64,000 bases of DNA from the human T2T-CHM13v2.0 reference genome, Homo sapiens: NCBI RefSeq assembly GCF_009914755.1, contig NC_060925.1; one strand, 5' to 3'. This document shows, in pieces, positions 38,690 through 53,494 of the stretch (position 1 is the stretch's first letter; the number at the start of each line of letters is the position of its first letter). The notes under the pieces are model-generated. The model was not told the DNA's origin. It searched no databases and was given only the letters and a program-made list of their open reading frames with translations. The translations under genes were made by a program, and so were the position numbers.

Positions 38690-38990
38690 TATCTCCAAAC
38701 GTACCTCATTCTATAGCCCTCCTTCATTGCTGTACTCCAGCCACGCTGATTAGTCCCCAGTCTGCCCTGTTTCTTCATACCTAAGAATCTTTGTGCTAAA
38801 CTTTCTTTTGCCCGAAAAATACTCCTCCAAATATTTGTATGAGTGGCTTCTTTTTATATTTCAGGTCTTACCTTACATGCCATTTCCTAGGAGAGATTAT
38901 CCTTGATCACACTAAATAAAAGAAGCCCTCTCCTACCCCCACTTCTAGAGCAAATCACTTATTTCTGATTACCCTGCTTTGCATTGCTTT
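38690..38990 (+). mobile_element. L2 LINE fragment
   Basis: gctgtactccagccacgctg...tttcaggtcttaccttacatgccatttcctaggagagattatccttgatcacacta. Confidence 0.65.
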
Positions 38991-39045
38991 GTAGGAGTCA
39001 CCATAAAGCATATAGATCAATAGATCAACCAACTGATCAACAGAT

Positions 39046-39350
39046 AATATAGTAAGTTTGCTAGGGCTCCCATATTAAATACCACAGAATGAATGGCTTA
39101 AACAACATAAATGCATTTTCTGATAGTCTGACAGCTAGAAGTTTAAGATTAAGGTGTTAACATCTTTGATTTCTTCTGAGACCTCTCTCCTTCAGTTGCA
39201 GATGGCTCTTTCCTATGTCCTCACATGGTCTTTTCTCTGTGCCTATCTGTGTCATTATCTCCTCTTGTAATGACACTAGTCATATTGGATTAGGGGACAC
39301 CCCTGTGACCTTATTTTACTTTAATTACTCCATTAAAGGCCTAAATCCTT
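39046..39350 (-). mobile_element. MLT1B-like MaLR LTR, partial
   Basis: tttgctagggctcccatattaaataccacagaatgaatggcttaaacaac...catattggattagggg. Confidence 0.8.
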
Positions 39351-39964
39351 ATGGTGTTAGTGGTATGAATCAGCTTGCTTCTTTTGATTTTTGTACCCCA
39401 ACTTCACTCCTTTCCTTTAATAGTCACTGAAACCACAGAAAACACAGATTATACTCAGTTACTAGCCATCTTGTTGCATCTTACCTTCTGAAATATTGTT
39501 GGCACGCTTATTGGCTGTTGTCTTTTTTTCTTAGTCATTTTATCTTTATTTTATAAAATTTTTTCTTCTTTTACAATCATTTAGTAGGATTTCCAGATAA
39601 TATGGACATATATGTACAGATTTAATGTTCCATGTTTAACGTAAAGTCTGTTACATTACTTTATACTTTGTTTAATATGACTTTGAGGCCTTTAACCCTG
39701 ATTTCTAAACTCTCTGGAGAGTTCCTTGTTCTTAACTGAATAAAAGTTCTGTTCTTACTGGATCAATGCATTTATTTTTATAGAATTAATTACATAGAAG
39801 GGATGTTATTTAGGAAATTATAAATATTGTATCTAACATTGGCTGTAGTTACCAAGGATCTGGTGAAAACTTTATGTATAAACCTGAGTTAATACATGAC
39901 AAAATAATATCATATCACATCATAACATTTAGATATTTTAAAAAGGTATTTTGTTCAATGTAGC

Positions 39965-40342
39965 TGATACAGTTTGGCTGTGTCCCCACCCAAATCTTAT
40001 CTTGAATTGTCATTCCCATAATCCCCATGTGTCATAGGAGGGACCTGGTAAGAGGTAATGGAATCATGGGGGCAGTTACCCCCATGCTGCTGTTCTTCTG
40101 AAAGTGAGTGGGTTCTCAGGAGATTTGATGGTTTTATAAGAGGCTTTTCTCCCTTTTGCTTCACACTTCTCTTTCCTGCTGCCATGTGAAGAAGGAGGTG
40201 TTTGCATCCCCTTCTGTCATGATTGTAAGTTTCCTGTGGCCTCCCCAGCCATGCTGAACTGTGAGTCAATTAATCTGTTTTCTTTATAAATTACCTATGC
40301 TTGGATATGTCTTTATTAGCAGTGTGGAAACAGACTATTCTA
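39965..40342 (+). mobile_element. THE1C/D MaLR solo LTR
   Basis: tgatacagtttggctgtgtccccacccaaatc ... gaaacagactattcta; TSD gtagc/gtaga. Confidence 0.92.
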
Positions 40343-40670
40343 GTAGATTTCAGTTTCAGTTCTTATTACTTGCCTATACAAACCAAATTATCAGCTTGCT
40401 GTTCTTCAAACATACCCAACACAGTTTAGTCATTGTACTTTTGTTTAGTGTATATCCACCTCCTAGCATGATTCATCCCCACTTGTTAAAATCCTTTCTA
40501 TTTTTCAAAGCCTAGCTCAAGAGCCACCTTTCCCAAGGCTTTAAAGATGTTTTATCTCTCCTTTGAACATAGCATTTGTACTTCTCTTATGGGCACAGTC
40601 AAGCTGTGAATGAACTTGGCTTGTCTTTCTTACTAGACAATAAGCATTTTGAAAACAAAATTCTAAGCAA

Positions 40671-40954
40671 TTTTTTGTTTTTGAGATAGAGTCTTGCTCT
40701 GTTGCCCAGGCTGGAGTGCAGTGGTGTGATCTCAGCTCACTGCACCTCTGCCTCCCAGGTTCAAGTAATTCTCGTGCCCGAGCCTCCCGAGTAGCTGGGA
40801 CTACAGGCATGTACCACCATGCCACCTAATTTTTGTATTTTTGTATTTTTTCACCATATTGGCCAGACTGGTCTCAAACTCCTGACTTCAAGTGATCTGC
40901 CCGATTTGGCTTCCCAAAGTGCTGGGATTACAGGCATAAGCCACCGCACCAGCC
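40671..40954 (-). mobile_element. AluS (Sx/Sz-like) inserted in an L2 fragment
   Basis: Alu body with a small linker deletion; degenerate TSD tctaagcaatt/tctagtcaatt; L2-like flanks about 40380-41040. Confidence 0.92.
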
Positions 40955-43914
40955 TCTAGTCAATTCTTAATGAGTGCCTATGGCATTTAGTCAAAGTGTC
41001 TATGCATTTAACAGGAGCCCAGTAGTATCTGTTGATTTGAGTTGGACCCCCTAGTCACAGTAACTTTTAGTTAAGTGTTTGGAAATATAAATGTATTTAA
41101 ATACTAATCTCAGCAAAATAATTAGAAAGTTAAATCTGTTGTTAACACTATTATACATCCTCCTGCCAAATTAAAACCCTAACCTAAGCATTGTAAATCC
41201 AAAAACATACCTAATTTTTATATTACATAGGTCATTTAGGGATTTTTTTAATTAAAAAAATTAGGACAGTGTCTTGAAAACCAATTACCTGGAATCATAA
41301 GCAGAGGTTTTAGAACAAAGTTAATATATGCTGAAAGACTTGTAAATCTGCTAAGTGCAAAAGACCCAATGAATGTCTTTGGTTATTATTAGAATAACAG
41401 AAAATGAAGAAGACATCTGTTTAAGAGATATTCCTGCTGAAGCAGAATTGGGAGCAGAGATCAGGTGCTGAAGAAGGGAAGAGAGCAGAACTAAGCAGAT
41501 GATACATCTAACAGTTTTTCCCCAAGAGGTTTTGAGTAGAAGGAAGTGGCACTACCAATGCTAAAAGCCCTTCAGGGAATTACAAAGCTTCAGTGCATTG
41601 ATCTATGCCACAGAATAGGATATTCAGAGGAGTGAGGATAGGTTGGGCTCAATAATTTCAGAAGAGTTTGATTTTTCGAAACCAGCACACATTTCAATAT
41701 AACAAATAGTATAATTTTCAAACATTGCACAGCATTCCTAAATAACCAGTGATTTCTTCAATTTATTTGTTCCATGGCTGTGTCTTCAGGGTCAAAAATA
41801 AAGCATATTTTCTGCATACAGTAGATATGACCAAATAGCAGTAATGTCACAAGGAAAATGAAAATATAGGAGGACATCAAAATAGGCGTTTTAAAAGATT
41901 AAGCAAAATAGTAACTAAATAATAAGTATTGACAGTTGCAACAAGAACTAATTGAAATTTCTTTTTCTACATTGTGAAAGTTAGGAAATCATGCTTCCTA
42001 CATAGACCCACAGCACGTTAGAACAGTTTATAACATCAAATAACTCATAGTTCAGCCTGTCCATTTTGCATAGGGGAGCCTGATGCATACATTGTTGAAG
42101 TCTTTCATCCAGTGCCCAAAGCTAAATAATGGAAAAACCAGGACTGGAATTCTTATTTCCTCTTTTGGTTCACTTACCATTCTTTTTATGCTCACCACAC
42201 TGCCAAAAACAAGCAAGAGTTCTTGAGCAATAGAAGTATCAACTATTCTGATAATTTGCCATAATAAAAGCAGTTTGAAGCCAATAAAAGATTAGGAAAA
42301 TATATATAATTCTTTAATTACCTTTATGCGTAGTGATATGCGTTTATTTCCAGCTAGAAGGCATATGACTTCATTCATTCACTTGGCCAACATTTACTAT
42401 GTCTTGCTATGTGTAAGTCTCAGCTAAAATCTAGTTTCAGTTCACTGGAGATCTCCTTAACTATTTAAGGAGTTTTTGACACAAACAAGGGCATTCATAT
42501 AGTTTAAGGGAGACAGATAAGCTTTATAGAGTACATGGCCCTGTTTTACTTAATATCTTTTTCTTTAGTGCCCAACCTGTTTTCTTCTATGGCTGCAAAC
42601 AACTCCTTTAACTTTAGCCAGTCACTTGTAAAACAATGCCCTCAATTATAGAAAGTCTGAGAGAATGCATGAGAATATGGATGTATCACTCCTCATACAG
42701 CTTCATATATGGCAAGTACATAACAGAGTCATATTATTATGGACAGGGATACGGGGAAATAAGACTGGTCTATTATTACAGATGATATTGGTTTTTTATG
42801 TGTAATATTGCACTAAACATAATGTTATATAAAAGAGAATAATTTTAATAGCTGTTTAACTCTTTGGTGGGAACTCGGTCATTGGGTGGTAGTATGAAGA
42901 TTTTTGGTGGAATTTCTAGTGGACTTCTTTTTATAGCTTTCATGATTATGAGGCAAAAGCATGTCATGAGAATAGTAAAGTCATGCCTTTTGCTTTCTGA
43001 GCAAGTTTCTGTAAGCAATTTAATATGGTTCACCAAGAGAGAGTATGGTAGCTAGTCCATGTTAAGCCTAAACAAACTGCAGCAGAAATTGAAATGGTTG
43101 TTCTTGGCTCAATTCATGCCCTTGGATTAAACTGAAATATTACCCATGTCATGTAGGGATATTGAAGAGAGTTGTAATTCTGTTGGTTTCAACTAGGTAT
43201 TGCCAGTAGTAACTGCCATATGAAAAACAGTGAAAATACATTTCCTGAAGAATTATTAGCAAAGGGTGAAACTCCAACAAGGAGTGCAATCCAAAACAGT
43301 AATAAAATAAAGAATAAGGAAAATCTGGAAGAGTAAAATTATGAAAAGCTGTCATCAGTGAAATTACCCTCCTCATAGAATAACAGAATTGTTTAGATTT
43401 CCGTTACTGTTTCTGTTGAGTAAGGTGAGTTTACATTATTTCCAGAGATACACATATTATATTATTTACTTCTGTAGCTGGTAAAATTCCAGCATCATAA
43501 ATAACTTTTCCCACAGCCTGTGTGGTTTTATTTAGTGTGTACATATTAATGCCTTAAATTACATTTCTATAGCACATTCAATGAGCATACTAATACAATT
43601 ATAGCCGCTTCAATGACCTTCAGCCTGAACTTCAGTCCTTTACCTACAGAATTTTAAAAACACAGACATGGAAGAGGCACAGAGAAGATGCATATGTAAT
43701 TGTGGATTTAAATTATATGTTTATCTCTGGGAGTATTTGCTCCTCAAATGTTGTTAATATTTAAATATATATTTTCTAAAAGCAGCCATAGTCTAAAAAG
43801 GAGAACTCTTACAATCAACCTAAAATTTTACAAGCTACCAATCTTGCAGTTAGACCACTCGACTGTGCTGGTATCTGTAATAGTAATTGGCAATTTGAAA
43901 ACCCCTTTAATCTC

Positions 43915-44060
43915 TAAAGCACTTTGCAAATATTAATCAGGAAACCTCACATAATTCGTCTGAGATCTAGTTATCTCCCTTCTTAGAGAAGGGACAACTG
44001 AGCTTAAGTGACTTGTCCTAGAACTGCAAAGGTCAAGACTGGGATTAAAACTATGGGACC
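43915..44060 (-). mobile_element. MIR SINE
   Basis: aactgagcttaagtgacttgtcctagaac...gactgggattaaaac. Confidence 0.6.
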
Positions 44061-44911
44061 AGCAACTACTAAAATCAATAATCTGGTATTAGTAAAGCCC
44101 TTTTCAGATTTTGACTCTAATGAGTGGAGTATAGAGTTATGAAGATACTAAGACTGTTTAGTTAAGTGTTTTCATATTTCGTTTCTGCCATGTAGGTTTA
44201 TATTTTTCTAATTCATCAAAGTGAGATTATAATAAAAAAATAAGGCTAACAAAAACTCCACAGTAATGACAGGCTTTTGTTATATTAATACAACCTCAGG
44301 TGATCTTAATGCTCATTGCTACTCAACTTCCAGAAAAATACTTGAAGATAATTTCTTCTTTCAGCATATTAACATAGAGGATATTTCAGGTACGGCAATA
44401 TAGACCTTATAGTTTTATTTTCTGCTTTCATATTATGAAATAAACTAAGTTATTATACATAGCTTCTCACTCCTTTTTAGCTCTAACATTACCATAGTAC
44501 TTTAAAAAGTGAGCAGACAAAAAAATACTTTTGGATGGCTGGTTTTATACCATCTGCTGTTTTGAGAAAAAAAAAGAAAAGAAAAGTATATTTTTCCAGA
44601 TTATTTATATTTAATTAAAATTAATATCATTTGACAGTATAAAAGCTGAAAATTAAAGTTATATTACAATTTACTTGAAGTAGAGAAAAGATGGAAATAT
44701 AAAAAGAAACAAATTAACAGAAAATCTATTTATTAGGATGAGAAAGAGGAAGAAGATAAGAAAAAGAGAGGCATGACTGATTAACATTCTGGGCAATTAT
44801 TAGTATGCTCTGCCTCCTAGAAAATTCTTAACCATAAGCTCACTGAATATTTTAGATTTAGAAGGATAGTGAAAGAAATTATTTTCTAATATGATGTATT
44901 CTTTTAATATT

Positions 44912-45002
44912 GTGCTTCCTTGATTTTAAGGCTCACTTTTTTTTTTTTTTGCAATTTAACGTCAGTGAAGTTGAGATGCATCTTACAATCAAAATCATCT
45001 TA
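44912..45002. mobile_element. MER104-like TcMar MITE fragment
   Basis: tttaacgtcagtgaagttgagatgcatcttacaatc. Confidence 0.45.
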
Positions 45003-45333
45003 TTATTGCTGTTAATGTTTCCAGATTTCCAATAGATATTAATCTTTGGGATTCGTGAATGAAAAATTAGGATTCCTCGGACTTCTCAGGAATTGTCTTA
45101 ATTATGTTGTTCTGCATTTTTCTTAACATAACTATGTATCTGTTTTAAATGATTCACCACAATAATAGTGAATCATTTTGCTGTGATAAAATTATACCAA
45201 GAGATTCAGAGACTATTTAAAAATTATTTGAAAATGCATGGTTTATTGGCATTATGAATCAATATACTTTAATAACCCATAAATCTCTACCTGATATGGA
45301 CATTTTATAGGTCATATTTATGAAGCTGAATAA

Positions 45334-45694
<361 letters not shown>

Positions 45695-46651
45695 AAAAAT
45701 TATTATTCTTAAAATGAAAATTTAAAACATGAAAGATTAATTGCTCCATCGGATAATCTTGATCTTTGTTTTGTGGCAGATATTTTAGATGTAGTAATAA
45801 AAGTTGTTTTCATTTTGCATTGATGTTGATTGCATTAAGAGTATGTCTAAAGCAACAGTTTGCCAATTTTGTTTTTAAGGCACACATGCTTTATATAAGC
45901 TCTTTTTTCTTTTTTTAAAAATAATTTTTTAAATATTGTCCTCATTTTGGTTTTCATATTGAAATCAAAATTGTGTTTGCTATTTTATATTTTAGATCAG
46001 TTTCTGATTTTATGCTGTAGTATTCCATAACAATATTAACACCTTTTTGTTGCATTTCTCCTGTTAAAGTATTGCAAATAACTTTAAATAAAGTGTACAC
46101 AAATAACTTTGCTCATAGCAAATATTCAAATACTGCAAAATGCCAGTGATTATTTGTGGGTAGTGTTAGAATAACATAACATTTGCATCGCCTAGCAAGG
46201 TTAACATTACTATAAAGATTCACTTGTCAACATTGCTAATTTAAGGACTTATTTTGCTTTCAAATCTTGTTAATTCTTGGAATACCACTCATAGGATTTT
46301 TATAACTATACTATGCCTATGATGTTTGATAATTATATTATTTGCAAGAATGACTCACTGTTAACTGCAGAAAGGGACACAATCACACACATATAACATG
46401 GCAACTACAAGCAAGACTGATTAATTAGTAACATCTCTACACTGATTTTTAAGCTTTAATTTTCACAGGAAAGTAATCATGCTTTTCCTGTTTTCATTAT
46501 TGATTTTTCTCCAGATTTTGGCTTCAGAGAAATATATAAATTTCTCCAAGTATTTCTGCATGGAAACTCTACTATCGCCCAGATATCAATTGTGATACAG
46601 TTGTCGCTGCCTGGGCATTTATAAACATCAAAACAACCAACATCACAAGTT

Positions 46652-48184
46652 TTTTTTATAATTTAACTTTTATTTTAGTTTCAGGCATACATGCGTAGGT
46701 TGGTTCTATAGATAAGTCACATGTCACAGGGGTTTGGTGTACAGATTATTTCATCACCCAGATAATAAGCATAGCATCTGATAAGTGGTTTTTGGATCCT
46801 CACCCTCTTCCCACCCTTCACCCTCAAGTAGGCTCCGGTATCTATTGTTCCCTTCTTTGTGTCCATGTGTACCCATTGTTTACCTCCCAGTTATAAGTAA
46901 GAACATGAGATGTTTGGTTTTCTGTTCCTGCACTAGTTGCCTTAGGATTATGGCCTCCAGCTTCATCCACATTGCTGCAAAGGACATGATCTCGGGTTTT
47001 TTTTTGTTTTATGTTTTTTGTTTTATGACTGGATAGTATTCCATGGTGCATATGTACCGCATTTTCTTTATCCAATCTACCGTTAATGGGCATCTAGGTG
47101 GATTCCATGTCTTTGCTATTGTGAATAGTGCTGTCACGGACATGTATATGTATGTGTCTTTATAGTAGAACAATTTATATTCCTTTGAGTATATACCCAA
47201 TAATGGAATTGCCAGGTCTGATGGTAATTCCATGTTAAGTTCTTTGAGAAATTGCCTGTTTTCCACAGTGGCTGAAGTAATTTACATTCCCACAGCCGTG
47301 AATAATTGTTCCCTTTTCTCCACAGCCTTGCCAGCATCTGTTATTTCACTTTTTGATAATATTATAGCCATTCTGACTGGTGTGAGATGGTATCTGTATT
47401 TCATTGTGCTTTTGATTTGCATTTCTCTAACAATTAGTGATGTTGAGCATTTTTTTATATGCTTATTGGCCATGTTGGTCTTCTTTTGAAAAATGTCTGT
47501 TCATGTCCTTTGCCCACTTTTTAATGGGGCTGTTTGTTTTTTTGCTTGTTAATTAGTTTAAGTACCTTACAGATTCTGCATATTAGACCTTTGTCAAATG
47601 CATATTGGCAAATAATCTCTTCGATTTAATAGGTTGTCTGTTTACTTTGTTGATTGTTTCTTTTGCTGTGCAGACGCTCCTTTGTTGAATTAAGTCCCAT
47701 TTGTCAGTTTTTCTTCTTGTTACAATTGCTTTTGCCATCTTCATCATGAAATTTTGACAGGGTCTACATTTAGAATGGCATTTCCTAGATTTTTTTCAAG
47801 CTTTTTTATAGTTTTAGGTTTTATATGAAGACTTTAATCCATCTTGAGTTGATATTTGTATATGGTGTAAGGAAGGCATCCAGTTTCAGTCTTCTGCATA
47901 TGGTTAGCCAGTTATCCTAGCACCATTTATTGAATAGGGAGTCCTTTCCCCATTGCTTGTCTTTGTTGACTTTGTTGCAGATCAGAGGGTTGTAGGTGTG
48001 AGGCTTTATTTCTGGGTTCTCTATTATGTTCCATTGGTCTATATGTCTATTTTTGTTCCAGTACCATGCTGTTTTGGTTACTGTAGCTTTGTAGTATACT
48101 TTGAAGTTGGGTAATGTTATGGTGCCTTCAGCTTTGTACTTTTTGCTCAGGATTGCTTTGGCTATTCAGCTCCTTTTTTGGTGG
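46652..48184 (-). mobile_element. L1PA16-like 3' 1.5 kb (ORF2 C-terminus plus 3'UTR), 5'-truncated
   Basis: Minus ORFs [31 protein letters not shown] and AIPLLGIY..ALFTIAKTW are L1 ORF2; degenerate TSD acatcacaagtt/acatcagaactt. Confidence 0.93.
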
Positions 48185-48849
48185 ACATCAGAACTTACAG
48201 AATGAGTGTCAGCAGCTTGGAATGATAGTAGTAGAGCATTCTTTAACCATTACTCTAAACTAAATGGTTATGAGGAAAAGGTCGAGGGGGGATGTATCAG
48301 AATTGTTTAACCACATTCTTGGAGTGGGTCTCAAAAGGCAGTTCTACACAATTGCAAAGTCAGTTTAAAAGCACAGCACTAAAGACTTTAGTTCTTTTAG
48401 CATTTTTTCCTTTGAACTTCTACACCAACAGTAATTTTGATGACACAGAAGACGTTATAGAGTGGTGAAAAAATGGACATCAAAAGACTTTGAGTCAAAA
48501 AGTGCTTCAGAAGAATTGGAGCCTGAAAATGAAGATAGTTTAGCAGGACTTTAACCATTTATTTTGTTTAAACTATTCACTTTATAGAGACATATAATAA
48601 CTAAAAACAGTTACATATAATTAAGTTTAGGAGAGCTCTTTAAATCCATTTTCGAAATGATAAGAACGTATTTTCTCATGGTTTATCTGGCAGTGTTTTT
48701 CTTCCTTATTGCTACATAAAATAATAATAAATACATTTTACAATCAATAATGACTGATTTGATAAAATATTATAGATGCAGAAATTGAAACTGAGAGATT
48801 AGGTGACTTCCCAAACATATATGACTTTTTGAAAAATATGCATACATGA

Positions 48850-50770
48850 TATAATATCCTGTATATATATTTCTAAATTAAATCTAGTTTTTATGTCTAT
48901 ATATAGATACATACAAGTACATTAATTTTAACTCTTGAATAGTATTATAGCCTATGAACATCCCACAGTTTATCAAATCCCCTATTGATGGTATTAACTA
49001 TTCTGCAGTATGCGTCTGCATTAGTTAAGGTAACATTAGCTACTCTGATAACAAACCCCCTCAAACATTTTGTAGCTCAAATATGAAAGAACTTCAGTTG
49101 TCATAAAGACCAAAATGCATATTCTTGATTGATGAGAGGCTCTCCTCCAAGTTCAAGGACCCAGGTCCTTCCACCTTATGGCTCCACCATCTACATCATA
49201 TGACTTCCAAAGCCTTTGTGCTTCTTGGCTTCAAATTGATGGAGAAGAAAAAGCAATGGGATTATGTTCACGTGGTTTTGTGGCGGGGGCAGGCCTGTAT
49301 GTGCTGCATATTATTTCCACTTGCCTATCATTTGCTGGAATTCAGTCGTAGGGCAACATGAAATGGTAAGGAGTTGAGAAAATTTAATCTAACTTTATGT
49401 CCAGGAAAAGGAGGAAATAGGTTTGGTAAAGTGCTAGTCAGTCTCTGCCATAATATCCTTCTACATGTTTTTATGTGCCCAAGTATGAAACTATATCTAG
49501 GACATGTAACAACATGTGGAAATGTTGGGCTTTAGTGAATCAATCTTAAACTTGATTAGACATTAGTCACTGTATAAATGTATTGCTATTCCCACATCCT
49601 TATAAACTCTTGAAGTTATCAGATTTTTAATTTTTTTAAAATTCTTCTGATTAATCTTTTAAAGCTAACCTTATGGTTGTAAAATAAAATCTGTAGCCTC
49701 AGTTTGCATTTCATTGATTGTAATATCAAGGATATTTTTATGACTTTTGTTCACTCAAATGGCTTTTCCTATAAACTCTGTCACTCACTTCTATAGAGGG
49801 TTTTTTTTTCTTATTGAGTAGTATGAGTTCTTTATATATTCTGGATACTAATCTCATAATCTGCATTACAAACATATTCTCCTAGTTTTTGCTTGTTTTG
49901 TGTATTCATTTTGTTTTGGATGTTTCTTGATAAACAAGTTAATTTTAATGTACTTAAACTTACCATTTCCTTTATATTTTGTGCTTTTGTACCTTTTCAA
50001 AAATTTTTACACCCAGTATTCTGAACATATTCACCTACATGTTCTTCTGAATATTTTCAAAATCTACTTTATATATATAACTTTTAAATCAATATATAAT
50101 CTATTTTTAGTTAATTATAAGAGAATTATGTAATTTTCTTCCACATGTATAGTTGAATTGTTCCAGCATCATTTACTGAATTGTCTTTTCTTTCTCAACT
50201 CATTTGTAATTATATTTATATAACATATGATTTCCCATACATGTAAGAGTTTGGTTTTCAATTCTGTCCTATAGGTCTATTTGTTTATCCTTCAATACTG
50301 TTATGTTTTAATTGCCATAGCATTTTAGTAATTCATACCTTGCAAGTCTCATCGTGTTAATCTTTTTCAACATTGTCTTGGTTATTCTTCACCTACTCTT
50401 GACCTACTTTGCTTTTAGATTGAGATTTCTGGATTCCATTAAAAAATTTGTTGTGATTTTGATTGAAATCACATTTATTTTATGGATTTATTTAGAGATA
50501 GAATTAATATCTTTATGTAACTGCATACTCTTATCAAGGAGTGTGGTTTATTTTTCTATTTATTTAGGGCTGCTTCTTTAACAAAGCTTAAAACTTTTCA
50601 CCATCAAATCCTGTATAAATATTTGTTAGAATTATTCCTAGTTACCATGTAATTTTATTTTTCATGAGATCATCAAAGATTAGGATTACATATTTCTGAT
50701 GCATATGGAAATATGTTTTATTTTACATGTTGATCTTAAATTTTATAGCCTTTTTGAACTCCTAGTGCTA
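48850..50770 (-). mobile_element. Old L1M (L1ME-type) fragments
   Basis: T-rich antisense L1 motifs: agttctttatatattctggatactaat, ttccagcatcatttactgaat, gattgaaatcacatt. Confidence 0.65.
49017..49452 (-). mobile_element. MLT1L-like MaLR LTR inside old L1
   Basis: caaggacccaggtccttccaccttatggctccaccatc...gtccaggaaaaggaggaaataggtttggt...agtctctgccata. Confidence 0.7.
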
Positions 50771-51839
50771 ATAGTGTGTATGCTCCACCAGCATTAAACT
50801 ACTTAAAAGCTGGGAACTTGTCTCTTGTTTACTACTGTATATCCAGAGACTAGATAGTATAGTTCCTGACTATATTGGGATTAAGTATTCAATAAATATT
50901 TACTGAATATGTGTAAATGACTAGGACTGATGCTTTATCTTTTTAGTCCTTTTTTTCTTTAGTTTAATTGCTAAAACATTATTTATATTTTCATATTTTC
51001 ATTGTTATTCTTATTTTTAACAAATATACTAAGTATTTTATAACGGAATCCATAATTATTCAGTATATTTTCTTTATGAAGATAAAAAGTACATTAACTT
51101 GCTTTGAGAAACCACCAAACCTATTCCAATTGTTCATTCATTTTTATCGTAATTTTGCTTCATCTTTAAATATTAAATGTTAGTTACTATTAATTCCAAT
51201 TGTTAATTACAACTCACCAATTTTAATTGCATCTTTGCTCCTAATTAATTTTTATCATTATTTTACTCTAGATTTAATTGTCTTCTCTCATATTTATTCT
51301 TCTTTTTCTTTCTGTTCCTCCTTTGTCTTTATCTTTCTTTTTATTTTTTTTCTCTTTCTTCATCACACATGTAAACTACTCTTTTTAGGTAACACAGACT
51401 GGGAACCTATGATGTAGTCCTAGTATTTTTCATGGAATCATGGCTGATGTGTATTTTTATGGTCATTTAAAACTCAAGAATGAAATAATAATGTAAATAT
51501 TTTTGTCTTGCTCTTCTCCCTCTACAATCCCTTGTGGAAATTTCTCCAAATCAGCTAGTATAGTACTAATGAGTTCTCTCTGATGGCTACATAATCATTC
51601 CTGATGTGAATACAGCATATTTTACTAAATTATTGTTATGTTGATAGAAAATTATTTCAAAATGTTTAACCTCTAAAAATGATGCTGAATTAAACATTAT
51701 TGTAGGTATGTATTAAGATTCCTCTTTCTCACAATTGAAGTGGCATTTCTGGATCCTATGGTAGCCAAATTGAAAATTTTAATAGAGTTATACAGATTAC
51801 TCTTTAAATAAGCTGTTACAGCTCCAATTTCTACCGCTA

Positions 51840-52238
<399 letters not shown>

Positions 52239-52529
52239 TCAGATGCATGTAAAATTGTTATGCTTTGCATTTCCCTGAGTATCTTGTAATATATTTTTGA
52301 CTATTTGTAATATTAACTTATAACATTAACTTATAATATTAATTGTCATATTGTCTTTTAGATATTGTCATTTTAAACCTTTTTGTAGTATAGATATTAC
52401 CCTTTCCCTATCATCCAAATCACAAGTTTTTTTCTAAAAGTAACATGATTCTTTTGACTTTAGTTATGGTGTCTTTTTCCAGATATATTTTAAATTTTAA
52501 TATACTGTCTACTTTTTTATTAAAAAAAG

Positions 52530-53203
52530 ACAAAATTATGTGTTATCTTACCTCCTCCAGAATGGCTACAATAAAAAAATAGAAACTAACAAATGTTGTT
52601 AAGGATGAGGAGAAATAGGAACTTTTGTACAGCCATTGTGGAAAACAGTTCGGTGGCTCCTTACAAGGTTAAAAATAGAATTACCATATTACCCAGGTTC
52701 TACTCTTACGTATATAGCTAAAGGATTGAAAATAAGCAATTATGCCAGTGTTCATAATAGCATTATTCACAAAGCCAATAAAACAACAGAGGTGTCTATC
52801 AACATGTAAATGGATAAAGAAAATGTGGCAAATATATAAAATGGAATATTAATCAGTCATAAAAAGGAATGAAGTTCTGATACATGCTGCAGCATACATG
52901 AATCATTAAATAAGCCAGACACAGAGGACAAATATTACAGTATATGATTCCACTAATATGAAATATTTCAGAATAGGCAAACTCATCGAGACATAAGGTA
53001 GATTAGAGATTAGTACTGGCTGAGGAGAATGGAAAGGTATTGTTTAATAGATAAAGAGTTTCTGTCTGGGATGATAAGAATGTTTTGGAAATAGTGGTGA
53101 TGGTTGTGAGTATAATCAATGCCATGGAATTGTATATTTTAAAATGGTTAAAATGGCAAATTCTATGTTATATACATTTTACCACAATGAAAAGCTTCAA
53201 AAA
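52530..53203 (+). mobile_element. L1MB-type 3' end
   Basis: cagccattgtggaaaacagtt...aaaaggaatgaagttctgatacatgctgc...aaaatggttaaaatggcaaattctatgttatatacattttaccacaat. Confidence 0.85.
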
Positions 53204-53494
53204 ATTATATATGTTGTTTCCAAGATTTTTTAATAAAATATTTCTTTTTTATATTCAAGTGTTTAATATGACTGAGCTTTTTTAAAAACATGCTTTAAGA
53301 CAGGTTTCAGTTGCACCCGTTTCCCCATATGAATACAAATTCTGGCCTCATTTGTGAAACAATTCTTCATTTTCCACTGAATAGAAGAACTGTTTCTTAT
53401 GTCCAGTCTATGAAGTCAGTAAAATATTCTCAAATGAAGATTGGGTCTAAAGGCAGAGATTATATTAAAGGTATTAGCATTAAGAATATCCCAT

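Noticed and set aside
46842-47473. ORFs with L1 ORF2 similarity
   Set aside because: Frameshifted fragments of a 5'-truncated L1
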